Shown here: positions 41,898 to 54,385 of the stretch, piece by piece
How the letters are laid out: every line of letters begins with the position of its first letter
Numbering within the stretch: position 1 is the stretch's first letter
Origin: Eledone cirrhosa
Lineage: Eukaryota
Reading direction: 5' to 3'
Assembly: GCA_964016885.1 (NCBI GenBank)
Contig: OZ024740.1
Coordinates: forward strand, 342,116,001-342,180,000
DNA length: 64,000 nucleotides
Notes under the pieces: model-generated
Database searches by the model: none
What the model was told of the DNA's origin: nothing
Seen by the model: only the letters and a program-made list of their open reading frames with translations
Position numbers and translations under genes: made by a program

Positions 41898-42794
41898 ATA
41901 GCAAATCCAACTCTATATCGAATGTAGTTAAGTTGTAAAAACAATGTAGGTCAACTAATAAAAAATGTTTGTAATGATAAATAATTGACGATGTTTTATG
42001 TAAAGGACAATATTTTAGAACTTTTAAAAATCTGTTTATGTATATTTTTTAAAGTGTACGATGGCAAAGACATTAAAACTTTCTGTTAATATTGAGTAAT
42101 TTTGTATGATTTATTAGAAAAGGAAATATCGCAATATGCATGTATATCACTTTATTAAGTATCTGCAAGAATTTTGAATATATACATTTAAAATGATTTA
42201 TTAGTAAAAGAAAATGTTCAAAATTATATTATGTTTGATTATAATTAAAGAAAGTATGAAGGATCAGCTGGAGACGGTTACTTCTGTCAGGACGCACTTT
42301 CCCCTCCACAACCCTCTCAGGAATAAGTGGACTAAGAAGGAAATTTATTGTAATTACTTAAAATAGATATAAGTCGAAAATATTGCCGTCGTCTTAAAAC
42401 GAAAGATCGCCGATATATCTAATCGAAATTAAAAACTATCGTGTAGTGTAGCGCTAGAAAAGTTACTGAATCAATAATTCATAAAGTGTCACTGTACGTG
42501 TGTAGTCAAATGGTAAACATTTCTGAAATATCGGTGACCTACATCTTTCAGTCTGTTACGTTGGGGACGTTCACTGACGAACTGGGTTGACAACGAACTT
42601 TCTATGCCTTAGCCACTGGCAATGTCACGAATGTTTTATCTTGATTCAATATTCCTTGTTGTAGTATGTAATTGAATGTTTTTGTCTTTCCTTTCTTCGT
42701 TGAATAATTTCCATCGATTTCTTTCTTTTTATATAAAGTTTTGATGGAAAGTTCTAAATATAATTTTTTAGAAGCAAATTTCTTTATGTAAGAT

Positions 42795-43510
42795 CAGGAA
42801 GGTCGTGGGGCAAAGTCCTCAAACATGCCTTTCGGCGAGTCCTGTCGTAAGCAAGACCAACTGAGCTCATGAATGTTATCCAACCATCTTGTTTGGTGTC
42901 TCCCAACAGTTGTTTTTTTTCTTTAAAAATTTGTCCAGCAATTATTTCCTGAGACATTCTGACGTGATGTCCATAGTATTGGAGCTATGATCTCTCAATT
43001 TAGAGAAGTAGCGGCTCTATCTAGATTGACTCTCTGAGCTACACATTCTATCGAGTAACATTACTCTAAGGACCCTTCAGTGGAACATTATTTTGGCTGC
43101 TTGTAATCATAATCATTCTTTTGGTCATTACCCAAGATTCATCATGACCATAGGAAAGGGTTCGTATGAATACCAAATTTAAGGTAGCGAGTTTGGCTTT
43201 TACACCTACCTCCCTTTTGATGACGGAATGCAGAAGCTGATGCATTACTGCACCAGCTCCCGCAATTCTTGCACTTAATTCAGCCTTCTGCCTTCCATCA
43301 CTCATGAAAATAGCTCTGATATACTTAAACTTCTTCATAGGTCATCCTTGACAGGATGAGTGTCTGTCTTTGTAGCACTGATTTCCATTCCTGCTGTGCA
43401 GCACTCGGTAGAAAACCTATTGGAGATCATTTCCTGATGAGTTAAGTAGTACCATGTCACCTGCAAATACCAGTCGACTGATCTTTCACCTGCCTTTCTT
43501 GATACCATGA
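42795..43510 (-). pseudogene. Decayed RTE-clade LINE 3' part
   Basis: ORF 43066-43338: KFKYI..ARI..TLSYGHDESWVMT; LVFAGD (RT motif remnant) near 43455-43472. Confidence 0.75.
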
Positions 43511-43878
43511 ATGATAAAGCACAAATGAGCTGGAAAAAAACAAACAGTATACAACGATGTTTATATAGGTTGTAAACTTGATTTAACCATTTTTCCTATC
43601 AGTATAAAGTTGGTAGATTGACAGAATTGATAGAGCAGCAGATAAAATACTTTGTGGCATTTAATTACATTCCTTTACATTCTGAGATAGATTTTCTTTC
43701 TCTTTCATCCTTCCAAGGTCAATAAAATAAGTACTGGGCTGGTTATGATTAACTATATCCCCTACCTCACTCCCCGAAAATTAAGGCCTTGTGCCTATCT
43801 TATCAATCTAGTCATCATTTTACATCAGCTAATGATTTTCTTTTAATATTTCAGTGTTTTAAATAAAGAAAGAAGAGT

Positions 43879-43889
43879 ATGGAAACTAA
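43879..43889 (+). CDS. RNF31-like: RNF31/HOIP-like gene, first coding exon (exon 43855-43889; M-E-T-K)
   Basis: tttcag acceptor; in-frame upstream TAA; ATG at 43879; gtaagt donor; phase 2 matches the next exon. Confidence 0.6.
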
Positions 43890-44768
43890 GTAAGTTTTGT
43901 GTTCTTTATTGTTGTAATTATCTTGTTTATTCTCATTTACAATGTTAAGTATGGGGCCTTAACCCATTAGCATTTGCTATTATATTTTCATTGTAAACAC
44001 TTTATCCTCAATCGCATGAAATCGCATTTGCATGGCATTCTTGAAAAGTACATCCAGTAGTAAAAAAACTATGATATTCATGGCAATAAGGAAACAAAAA
44101 AAAGAGTAAGAAAATAAGGGGGAATTAACCCTTTAGCATTTACATTACTCTATATATATTATTATATTTTCATGGGTATGAGTGTCCAATAGAAAGAGGT
44201 GAGAGAATTCTGGTCGGATACGGCTGGGTTAAATGCTAAAGGGTTAAGTAACGAAAGAAAGAGGAGGAGGGTGTGATAGGCTCTACACCCAAAGGATAAA
44301 ATGGCAAAGGTATTGTGGAGAATGGCTAGCAACAACCACTCCACCTCACAGAGCTCCTTACTCAGGTGGGCTGCTGTGTTTTTGATTTTACAAAGGAAAG
44401 GGGGACCAAGGACACTTGAGGTCTTGACAGCAACCTGTATGAAAAGGAAGCAGTCAACCAAACCCTGGTATTTGGCTATCTCCCACTCCTCTCTGTTGTG
44501 GGTGTGTGGGTGGCAGTGTTTAAGTTGCGGCTGACAATGAGTCACAACACATAGTGTCCCAGATTAGGGGTTTACCTCCCTCAAATGGGAAGAAGGTTAT
44601 TAAATGAATAAAATATTCCATTTTGGTAGTTTAGGTCATTTGTGAAATTTAATTAGGTACTGCATATATTCTTTTTGTGTGTATTTATGTAAAAATAAAT
44701 AAATTATATATACCTGTTATTTTTTTTCATTTCCATCACTGCCCGTCTCTTATTTCTCATTCTATTTT

Positions 44769-44800
44769 CTGATGAAGGACTAGCGTCCGAAATGTTAAGA
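44769..44800 (+). ncRNA. Minimal hammerhead motif in a Penelope-type repeat
   Basis: CUGAUGA a GGAC uagc GUCC GAAA uguu; downstream flank is homologous to that after 48883. Confidence 0.55.
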
Positions 44801-44894
44801 CTCTTTTCCTACTATCTCAAGTGTAAAACTAATATATTTCTTTATTGTAATGTGTTGTTTGCTTTTTTGTTTCTGTTTAATTTCCCTCTCTCTC

Positions 44895-46310
44895 TCATCA
44901 TCGTTTTTACATACTCTTTTCCATGCTTGCATGGGTTGGACGGGTCCTCAGCATGGCCTCTCTCCACTTGTCACATTCCTTCGTCATCTCCTCTGCCAGT
45001 CTTAGCGATTTGAGGTCTGCTCTCACAACCTTTGCTCAGGTCTTTCTTGGTCACCCTCTATTGTGGCTTCCTTCCACTGGGATTTCTTGGCATTTCTTCC
45101 CCCATTGGTCATTGTCCATGTGCATCACATGTCAATACCAACACAGTCTTCTTTTCTGCACACCTTAAACCCAGCTTCTCCCTCAGCTTTACCAAGTTCT
45201 GCCTTTCTCTCACATTTACATTGCACATCCAACAAAACATAGTTGCTTCATTTTTCTCCTGTCTATGCATGTCCTCAGTAGTCACAGTCCATATTTCACT
45301 ACCATGCAACATCGCGTTTATTTTTGGCTAGGAACTTCTTTTGTAGTTGCCTCACTAAGAAGAGGGCATCTGTAATACTTTCCCCAGGCATTAAACCAAA
45401 CTGCATCTCATCTATTTTTACTCTTTCTCTAATTAGTTGTGCTATAACCCTTTCTGTCACTTTCATAACTTGGTCCATTAGTTTTATTCCTCTGTAGTTG
45501 CTTCTTTCTAGAGCATCATTTTTGCCCATGTAGTAATTTATGATAGTACTGTAGCACCAGTCATTGGGTCTTTGTCATGTATTACTTAATTTACTATATG
45601 GGTTACTATTTTGACTCCTACTTCTGATGCTTTTAGCATCTCAGCAACAATTTTTGATGGTCTTTCAGCTTTACCATTCTTGATTGCATCTTTGGCCCTA
45701 AAATTATCAACTTCAATAGCTGGTCCTTCCTTTGGGTAAGTTGGGGGTGATTTTTCTGATCCTCATGCCTGAAGACATTGACAAATTTACTTTCTTCAGC
45801 CTCTCTCCTAGCTGTGTATACATGTTGCCTAGCTTATTTCTTAGCTACTTGGTACTGGTCTATGCTACCCCCATTTTCCCAGTTTTTCCATGGCTGCCTC
45901 TGCTGTGCTGTTCCACCACCAAGTCACCCTCTGTCTGGCTGGTGCTTTATTCCTGCTGCAAGTCTCACAAGTAGTTGGCAAAAGGTTGTCTCATAAGAAT
46001 TTCCATTTGTCATGTTATATGTAGCTAGCTCATCATCCCTCTCATCAAGTGCATCCTGTAAGGCCTTTCTAAATCTATATTTAACTGAGAGGTCCTTTGG
46101 CTTCCACACATTCCAGTAGAGTTTATATCTCAGTTGTTTTACTTTTTCAGTTAGAGTTCTATGTAACTGAAAGGTAAAGTGGTTGTGCGATTGCTTGATG
46201 TCGGTTGAGGGGTTCTTGCACATGGCTACTCTAGCCACCCCCACTACTGTGTGCAGAACTAACATAACTAGTGTTAGCCCTGTGCTCGCAGCTCTGAGGG
46301 GTTGCATGTG
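44895..46310 (-). pseudogene. Decayed RTE LINE (intronic)
   Basis: ORFs 45299-45529 ([17 protein letters not shown]) and 45109-45312 (MLHGSEIW); 3' terminus near 44900. Confidence 0.85.
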
Positions 46311-47386
46311 TGTGGAGGGGGAACAGTTACCTGATGGTTAATTTGGTAGCTGGTGTTTTGTCATGTTTCTTAAGGTGGTGTTGAGCAATTGTTTAATAGT
46401 GGCTAACAAGGAATAGAGTTGAAAACTGCTGATGTCAATGGTAGTTAGATTGGTATGTGTGGAAAATTATTGAAGTCATCATGTATTTTCTGTGTTGGGT
46501 TATTGAGTAGAGTGGTCTGGATCTGTACTGTGGTTTGGAGAGGATTATATTTGGGTTTGTGATGTCAAGAATTAGCCTTTCTAGAGTTTAGGAAGTGGAT
46601 GTGTCTGTATGATGTTACTTAAGAATTGGTATGTTTTTGCCCAGATTCTGCAAATTTTAGTGTTGGTACAAGTAATTGTATATATTTGTGACTGCTCTAA
46701 TTTCTTTGAGTCCTAAGTATTTTGGTCTTGGGGCTTTTAATTTTTTAGATTTCCCTGTTACTTTTTGGAAGTTTAATGGAGCGAAGGAGTCAAAATTGTG
46801 TTCTAGGCAGATGGAATATACATATTTTTTTTGTTTTCTGTTCATGTCTTTTTTTCTTTGGTTTTGGGTGACTGATTTTCAAGAAATGCCTTTTATAGGA
46901 ATTTTAAAGTCAATGTCATGCACAATCAGGCTTCTTTCATTCATAAACAATATTTTCACTTATGAACAATGATTGTATCTATATATGAATTTGAGTGACT
47001 TCCGTCCATCCATCACACAATGTGTGTGTATGTGTGAATGTATGCCTGTGAGTGTGTATTTTTGTAAGTGTGTCTGTGTTTGCACGTTTACAATAATATA
47101 CTCATACACATGTTAGCATGTTGAAAAGAATTCTAGTGTAGAAAACCCCATCATTCTTGGGGCATTCAAGCTGTCACCATTTCATCTCATATTTGGGTTT
47201 GATTTATTTGGCATTGTGTTCTTGATCATGATGCTTCATTTCATCTTGCTTTTTATGATGGGACTGGTGTCTTTATCATTAAAATACTTGAGAAATCTCT
47301 TATAGGATGTAACCTCATAAGGAGCTAACTAAACCTGCATAAATGTGAGCTGTAGATTTTCTTTTCTTTTTCATTTCATATTGTAG

Positions 47387-47591
47387 GTGCCCAAGCCAAG
47401 AGGAAGGCCAAACAATTGATTCTAAGACTATGATGGCAGTATACAGAAAAAACATGACAACAATGATTTCAAATGGTTGGAGTATAACACAGTTACACCA
47501 AATTACTATCCCAATCATGCATGTTTGTTGTGTGTTAAGTTCAAAGTTTGAAAAACTGGATTTGTCTGGTCTCATCATTAAAAACGGAGAA
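47387..47591 (+). CDS. RNF31-like: RNF31/HOIP-like coding exon 2 (PUB N-terminal helices)
   Basis: ttgtag acceptor, gtgagt donor; CPSQEEG...LSSKFEKLDLSGLIIKNGE resembles HOIP LAARYLQLDAARLVRCN (human sequence recalled from memory). Confidence 0.75.
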
Positions 47592-48882
47592 GTGAGTAAC
47601 TAGATCACTTCTATTTTGTTTTGTAACCCATCCATTATTTTGTGTGTGTTTTTGTTGCATAAGCTGAAAAGCTGAAGAACTATTACATTTATGATGAGCT
47701 TTTATATAAACTTTTTACTTTATACAGCAGTAAAATTTTTCTATAAAATAATCAAGAACCCACATGTTTCAAGATAGCTTGTATTTTATGGTCTTGTATA
47801 GGAAAATAACTGTCAACAGAATATTTTGAAAGGCTATGAGATTCTGAAGAGCTATGGTGCTGGATTAATTAGACACTTTTGGCTTGATAGAATGGACATA
47901 ACATAGTGGAGAGAACTCTTTTTGCCATGTGTTAGTGCCATGATTAAATGCACCCAGTACACCCAGTAAAGTAGTTCACATCACAACCTCTCTAATGCTA
48001 GTGCCATGACAAAATGTATCAAGTACATTCAGTAAAGTGTTTGGTTTTTAGGAAAAGCATGCATTTGCAGAAACCTGCCAAACATTGGAATGTATGAGCA
48101 GGACAGTCTTCTAACCTGTCTAGTGTATGTGTGTATATATATATATATTTATATATTTATATTTATATATATATATATATATATATAGTTGAAGAAATAA
48201 CACAAACACAAGGATGAAAAAAACAGTCTTATTAAGGTCCTGCTTAGGAGGAAGTCAAGTGGGGTGCAGCAGTGGCTGAGGAAATCGAGATGGCTGGAAT
48301 GCTGGGTTGAGTTTAGCAGGAGAAAGAAGAGGGGTGAGGAAGAGTTTAAGGCGGTGGTGGAGGAAGATTTTTTTGTTTAGGCATGGTGGGCAAGGAGACA
48401 TGAGGAAGGTGACAGAGGAGAAGCACTTTGTAGGGAGGGAAAGAAAGGATGGAAAAAAGCAAAGAAATTTTGTTACAAACATTAGAGAAGAAAAAGTGAT
48501 AGAGGAGGGTTGTGGAAGATATAGCAGTTCAAAAGTCTGGCAATCAGATGGCTGGTTAATCCAAGGTAATCCATGTATGAAGAGTTCACAAACTCTGGGT
48601 AATAATCCATGTTTAAACGGCAGGTGGGCCACGTAAGCGTTGAAAAATAGTTGAAGTATTAATACAAACACAGGGATACAAAAACACAAATTCTTATTAG
48701 GATCATGTTTATGAAGAAGAAGAGAGAGTTCAGCAATGGCCAATGAGATTGACATGTCTGGAATGGTATACAGTTTTCCATGAGATGGCAACATGAATGG
48801 ACCTGTTATTTTTCTCTAAAAACATTTTTTCCGATTCCGCCCTGCCTGTCCCTTCAATCTTTCTAATATCTCATTCTTTCTT

Positions 48883-48914
48883 CTGATGAAGGACTAGCGT
48901 CCGAAACGTTCAGA
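48883..48914 (+). ncRNA. Minimal hammerhead motif in a Penelope-type repeat
   Basis: CUGAUGA a GGAC uagc GUCC GAAACGUU; self-complementary aacgtt stem III. Confidence 0.65.
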
Positions 48915-49302
48915 CCCTCTTCCTGCTATTTCAAGCGTTAAACTAATATATTCCTTCCATATACTGTACTGATTTGTTGTTTTTTCTGTTTACCTTTTAC
49001 ATACATATTTATGTGTATATATTATATATAATATATTTATATATAGCAGCAGAGGAGGGTGTGCTGAGAGTATAATAGCTAGAATAAAGATAGGATTGAA
49101 AAAGTTCAGAGAGCTACTCCCACTGTACACCACAAAAAACTAAGTTTTAAGTTGTGAAAAATACAAATTGAAATTTGTATAAAAGTTCATATATATCCTG
49201 AAAGCATTTTAGATTTTGGTTGTTGCCACTAATGAGAAATAACACAGATAATTACTCAGAATTCCATTTAAAATATATATATATATATATATTCTTTTCT
49301 AG

Positions 49303-49434
49303 AGTAATTTAAATCTGATCCAGGAATTCCTGATTTACCTCCAAAATGTCTGCAATGATTTGCTCAAACCAACTGCTGGCACCAAGCCAGCAACAATTCC
49401 TAAAATGCATTATGAAAATCTGAAAAGGTTGAAA
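49303..49434 (+). CDS. RNF31-like: RNF31/HOIP-like coding exon 3 (PUB core)
   Basis: ttctag acceptor, gtaagt donor, phase 0/0; SNLNLIQEFLIYLQNVCNDLLKPTAGTKPATIPKMHYENLKRLK. Confidence 0.75.
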
Positions 49435-49844
49435 GTAAGTAGTCACAATCATTTTTTTTCTAATCTGGGTAGTCTTGATATGAGCTCACTGGGAAGTTGC
49501 CCTGGTATAAATCATATTTACAGGCTCCATGCTAATCAATGTATGCTGTTGTGCATGTAGGGGCCCCAGTGCAGTGAATTGCGTAGGAGGCTACTAGGTT
49601 TAGGAGTCCAATACTAATGCATGTATATTTTTGTTATGTATATAGAGGCTCCAGTTAATTACTTTTCACAGGAGCCTATAATGCTGTTGTGATGGCACTG
49701 TTTCTAATAAGATTTCTGTTTCAATATTCTTATAGTAGTATGAAAGGAGGCATAACCTGGTACCACTCTCTGAGAAGGACCCCGAAACCATGTGACTGCA
49801 AAGTATACTTCTTAATCACATAGCTATGCCTGCGCTTCACTTTA

Positions 49845-50150
49845 ATCATCATCATCTTCACTGTTTAACAATTATTTTCCATGCTTGCATGGGTTAGACG
49901 GACAATCATTTTATGCAGGTCAGGTGGCCGCATCTTACTCATAGGATCCATTTTGGGTTTGGTTTTCTTCAACTAGATGCCCTTCTTAATGCCAAACACA
50001 TTCCAGTGTGTACTGGGGGCTTTTTGGTGGTACCAACACTACCACTTTACATGGTGGATTGGGTGCTTTTATGTCATGACATCAGCACAACCAACTCCCT
50101 TACAGGCTGGACTGGGTGCTTTTTGCCATGGCACAAGCACCACTCCTGAA
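49845..50150 (-). mobile_element. Old RTE 3' UTR fragment
   Basis: atcatcatc..ccatgcttgcatgggttagacgg..gatgcccttc..ctgggtgctttttgccatggcac. Confidence 0.7.
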
Positions 50151-50911
50151 TAGTAGTTATCATCTTACATGCATTTCTACAATACCAGAGCATCGAAACT
50201 TTGTTGAGGAAACCCCAACTATATGTAGCTGGTAGCATCTGGCCTCCTGTAAGTGTTGAAACATTTCAGTTACCAATTATCAAGGTTTGCTCCCTTCTAG
50301 ACCCTCTTTGGGGTCTTGAGATACGTAACCTTTGTGCATCAATCCCACACTTCCCATGATAGGCTGCAGACCCACCGCTAGTTCTTGCAGTATTGAATGG
50401 AAACTACAATATAGTTTTCAAACATGCTCCTCTCCTTGTTATCCCACTCGAAGGATGATGCTGTATGACTACCTTTATTGTGTCAAGCCATATTGCAGTG
50501 TTTTGGTGGTCTTATTTGCGCCAGTCACCAATTTTTCTACTTTTGTTAAACCCACCAAGACTAGACTTTTTTAGAGGCTGGCCTTTACTTAGCTCATAAC
50601 TACTTCTCTGGGTTGTGAGAGTTTTCTTTGTAGCTAATAGTGTTACCCATTACTCCATTTCCCCTAGTAGTTTACTGCTGTTGAAGCGGGTTTGTTTATT
50701 CGTTCAGCAGGAGCTTGCTTATATCACAACTAACGATCATATCTGGTGGCCATATCACTATCCGCTTCTTGCAACCTGTTCCCTAGCAGAACAGTTCTCC
50801 CGATATTTTTTGCTAAATTATTACACGTTGTTAAGAGTTAATTGTGTATCTATTAATTCCTATCTATTTATTTCACTTTATATATTCTAAGTAAATCTTC
50901 TTTTGTTTTAG

Positions 50912-51097
50912 GGTGCTGATCATATTCTAAAGAAGATAGGATTTTCTCCTGATTCTTCCAATGGGGTTAAAATATCACGAACTGTACTTGCAGACAATAC
51001 AGCACTGATTCCATGGATTGTAGATATTGTTATTGCATACAATGAACTTAAATTTTATATGATGGACAAACATCCATATCCTAATTATATAAAAACA
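50912..51097 (+). CDS. RNF31-like: RNF31/HOIP-like coding exon 4 (PUB C-terminal half)
   Basis: tttag acceptor, gtaagt donor; GADHILKKIGFSPDSSNGV...AYNELKFYMMDKHP resembles HOIP GGRDVLRLYGY...ELSLLLQNTHP (from memory). Confidence 0.82.
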
Positions 51098-51214
51098 GTA
51101 AGTGATAACTTGACTGTTTATTGAATATTTAATGATGGAAAATGGTTTATTCTTTTCAGCTTGAATTTATGAAATTATTAGAGTTACTATATCTCTGAAT
51201 AAATCATTATTTTG

Positions 51215-51358
51215 AAATCCCGCTGAGGTTAACTTTGCCTTTCATCTTTACGGGGTTGATAAAATAAAGTACCAGTAATGTACTGGGTAATTGCTGGCCT
51301 TGTGCCAAAAGTAGAAACAATTATTCGCTGGCCTTGTGCCAAAAGTAGAAACAATTAT
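51215..51358 (+). mobile_element. 5'-truncated tRNA-SINE with duplicated 3' end
   Basis: gctggccttgtgccaaaagtagaaacaattatt occurs twice. Confidence 0.8.
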
Positions 51359-52737
51359 TTTGCAATATAAGCTAAGAAAATATATTTAAATACATAACTA
51401 TGTAAAAAAAAGAAAAGAGTACTGGACATATTCAAATGATCAAAATAAAGCAATTTCTAGTGAAATTTGTTAATACAAACCTCTTTCTGTAGAAGTATGA
51501 GGCAATAACTGTCAGCTACCTTTGTTGTTGTTGTCATTTTTGAAAAGATGATACCATAACTGTATCAGTTCTAAAAGTCAAATTTACATTGATATATTTA
51601 TTTTAACAGATTTATATCTCTCACTAGATTGTTGACTGATGTTAGACTCATTGGACATATGTTTCCTTTCAGTCATGAAAGGGATAATATAACAAAATCT
51701 TGATACCTATTCAAGATGCATGATAGGGTTACATGAATAGGTGTGTATCAGGACTAGAACCACAGGACAAGAACCACAGGACAAAAATGTGCTGTATATG
51801 ACATAGTGGGACTCTAGAATAGTGACATGCATGCATACACACACGCATGCAGCGTGCAGTTGTCATACATTGTAAATGGATCTTCCACTAGTTTTCATGA
51901 ATATTCTAGTTCTTCAATCAATAAGTTGAGTATTCCACAGATGCTTGAATTACTGGTATAGTCCATCCAAAGGACTTCCATATTATGTCAGTTTCACTTA
52001 GAAGACTTGAGTTGATTAAGATGCTATGCACTTTGATCAAACTCAGGACTTCATAATTGCAAAGCAAACTTCTGAACCATTTAGTTATTCCTGCACCTTC
52101 TATACACTAGATGCAGTGACACACACAAAAGCTATAATAGTAGACAAGAAGACAATGTCATTGATTATAACATTAGCACATTGTCACAGTAATTAGTCGA
52201 TGTCATGATAGTCACTATGTCTTGTATTATTGACTATCAGGAGTTTTATTTTCATGTTGAATAAGAGAGGAAAGGGCTGTATCCATAGCCTCTTTGACTG
52301 GTTGGGTGGAGAAAAAGAGGTATCTTGGGACCAGGTCCAAATGCTTTGAACACAAGAAACTTCACTAAAGTCATCTAAGAACTAGGTGGTTGTGTTAAAC
52401 AAACCAATTGATTACATCTCCCACCAGAATTTGAACTCATGAGGCAAAGAGCTGGAACAAATATCACAGAACTTCTCATCTGACACTTTAACAATTTTGC
52501 CAAGCCACTGCTCTGGACTGGTACTTTATTTTATCGACCCTGAGAGGATAAGAGGCAAAGTTGATTTCAATGGAGCTTTAACTTAGAGCACAGGAAGCTC
52601 GAACAAATACCACAATTTTGTTCTAGGTTTGAATAATTCTGCCAATTTGTTGCCTTTGTTTTATTTTTTGTTAATTGTTTCATACAGAACTTATTGATGA
52701 TATTGTTGACTAAAACAATCTTTGTTTATTTTTATAG

Positions 52738-52765
52738 CTTTTGGAGGAACATGAAGTGGAGCAAG
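52738..52765 (+). CDS. RNF31-like: RNF31/HOIP-like coding micro-exon 5 (LLEEHEVEQ)
   Basis: T-rich tract + atag acceptor, gttggt donor; 28 nt supplies the phase 0 to 1 change needed before the B-box exon. Confidence 0.65.
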
Positions 52766-53445
52766 GTTGGTCATGTCTAAATTATTTTTCCTCATGTATT
52801 CTTTTTTGCATCTTTGTCTTCTCTTAGCAGTATTTCTTCTAAAATATTTGATATTATGATTGTGTCAAAGATAAAAGTGAAAACTGATACAATTGATCAA
52901 GACCCACTCAATAGTGGGAATACCACAACTAAAAGATAAAGAAATAAATATATATTTTATACTTAGATCTACTTGTAGTCATGTTTGGTTAAAGAATATT
53001 CTCTTGTGACATGAAACCTTTTACTTATGCCTTTTCCCCATTGCTTTTATTTTAAAGAAACTATTTTCAAAGAAAACCTGGATGAATTTTAGCTTAATAA
53101 GCTTAACAAGATTGTCTCATAATCTATATAACATGTACATTTACTTTCATGTCACTCATATATCATCATTACATTAATACAGTATGATTACGCACTTCTA
53201 GATAATATTTCTGCTTAATCTATCAACTTACTCATCTGTACTTATTGTAGAAGTCTAAAATAAAGTTCCATATGGATCAGAAGTCTTGTATCACTAAAAA
53301 ATATTTTATTTTGAGAAGATATATAGTATATATAAAGATTGTTAACTTTCTTTAGTAATCAATATTTCCTATTTTACTTGATTCTGCCACAATCCAGATT
53401 TTATGTTATTTACCTGTGATATAAAATTATTTTATTTTCTATTAG

Positions 53446-53596
53446 GGTGTAGCATTTGTGGCCAACCAAAACCTAACATGACTTGCTCATCTTGTGAAGA
53501 TAAGCAAATGTGCATTAGTTGCGATGCTACTTGGCATTCACATCCAAAGCGTCTTGACCATGTACGTTCTCCAACAAAAGATGTTCCACAAGCAAG
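53446..53596 (+). CDS. RNF31-like: RNF31/HOIP-like coding exon 6 (B-box)
   Basis: CSICG..CSSC...CISCDATWHSHPKRLDH; attag acceptor, gtaaat donor; phase 1 to 2. Confidence 0.88.
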
Positions 53597-54330
53597 GTAA
53601 ATACTAATTTATATTCAGATGGCTTAACTCTTAACATCCTGTATTGAGTTAGTAGAAAATATCTAAAAACAGCTTTGTTAATTGAAATGTTTACAGTATC
53701 TTTACTAATAGGGAGATCATTGTGAAAATCTGCAGTAAACTAAAAAAATCTGATGCAGTCATAATGTCTTATGTACTTTCCAATAATGTTTTGCTCAAGT
53801 AGGTTCATGTAGTGAGGGTGTTAAGAATTAAAGACAGAATCTGGTAACTTAGAAATAGAAATAATATGCCTGTAAATTGAAAAAATGAAAAACATCTTCA
53901 TTGGATTTTCATCATGTCTTCCTGATTCTGCCATCTTTCATGCGCATCCCATGTTCATACCAACACAATCTTCTCTCTTGCACACTACATCCAATTCCTC
54001 TTATGCCAAAGTTTTTTCTCAGTTTGCTTTAATTCTTAGAGATGTTTGTCTAGAAATATGTCAATGTTATTCCATGAATATATTAAATAAGATATGGTTT
54101 TTAGCTGTTTACATACAGGCTTATGATTATCTTAATAAATTTGGATATTTGCATATGAATTGATGGGGCAAATGTTTTTGTACTATAGACTGGTTGTGAT
54201 GAAGCAATATGTTGAGCTTGGGAGTATAGGTGGAGTAATAGGCATTGAAATATATTTTCATAACAATTTATATAACATTACTGAAACTGTTGACCCAGCA
54301 GGATCTCTGTCTTTATTTTCTTTCCTCCAG

Positions 54331-54385
54331 CTATTTACATGGAAAATCAAGCTTTCATCAACCATCAGACCAACTCTCTACACAA
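54331..54385 (+). CDS. RNF31-like: RNF31/HOIP-like coding exon 7 (linker)
   Basis: ttcctccag acceptor, gtatgt donor; 55 nt gives phase 2 to 0; YLHGKSSFHQPSDQLSTQ. Confidence 0.65.

Noticed and set aside
48255-48794. 179-aa minus-strand ORF (and 44162-44545) as host genes
   Set aside because: No clear domain; intronic, antisense and adjacent to hammerhead-bearing repeats. Probably decayed PLE-related sequence, but I could not verify this.
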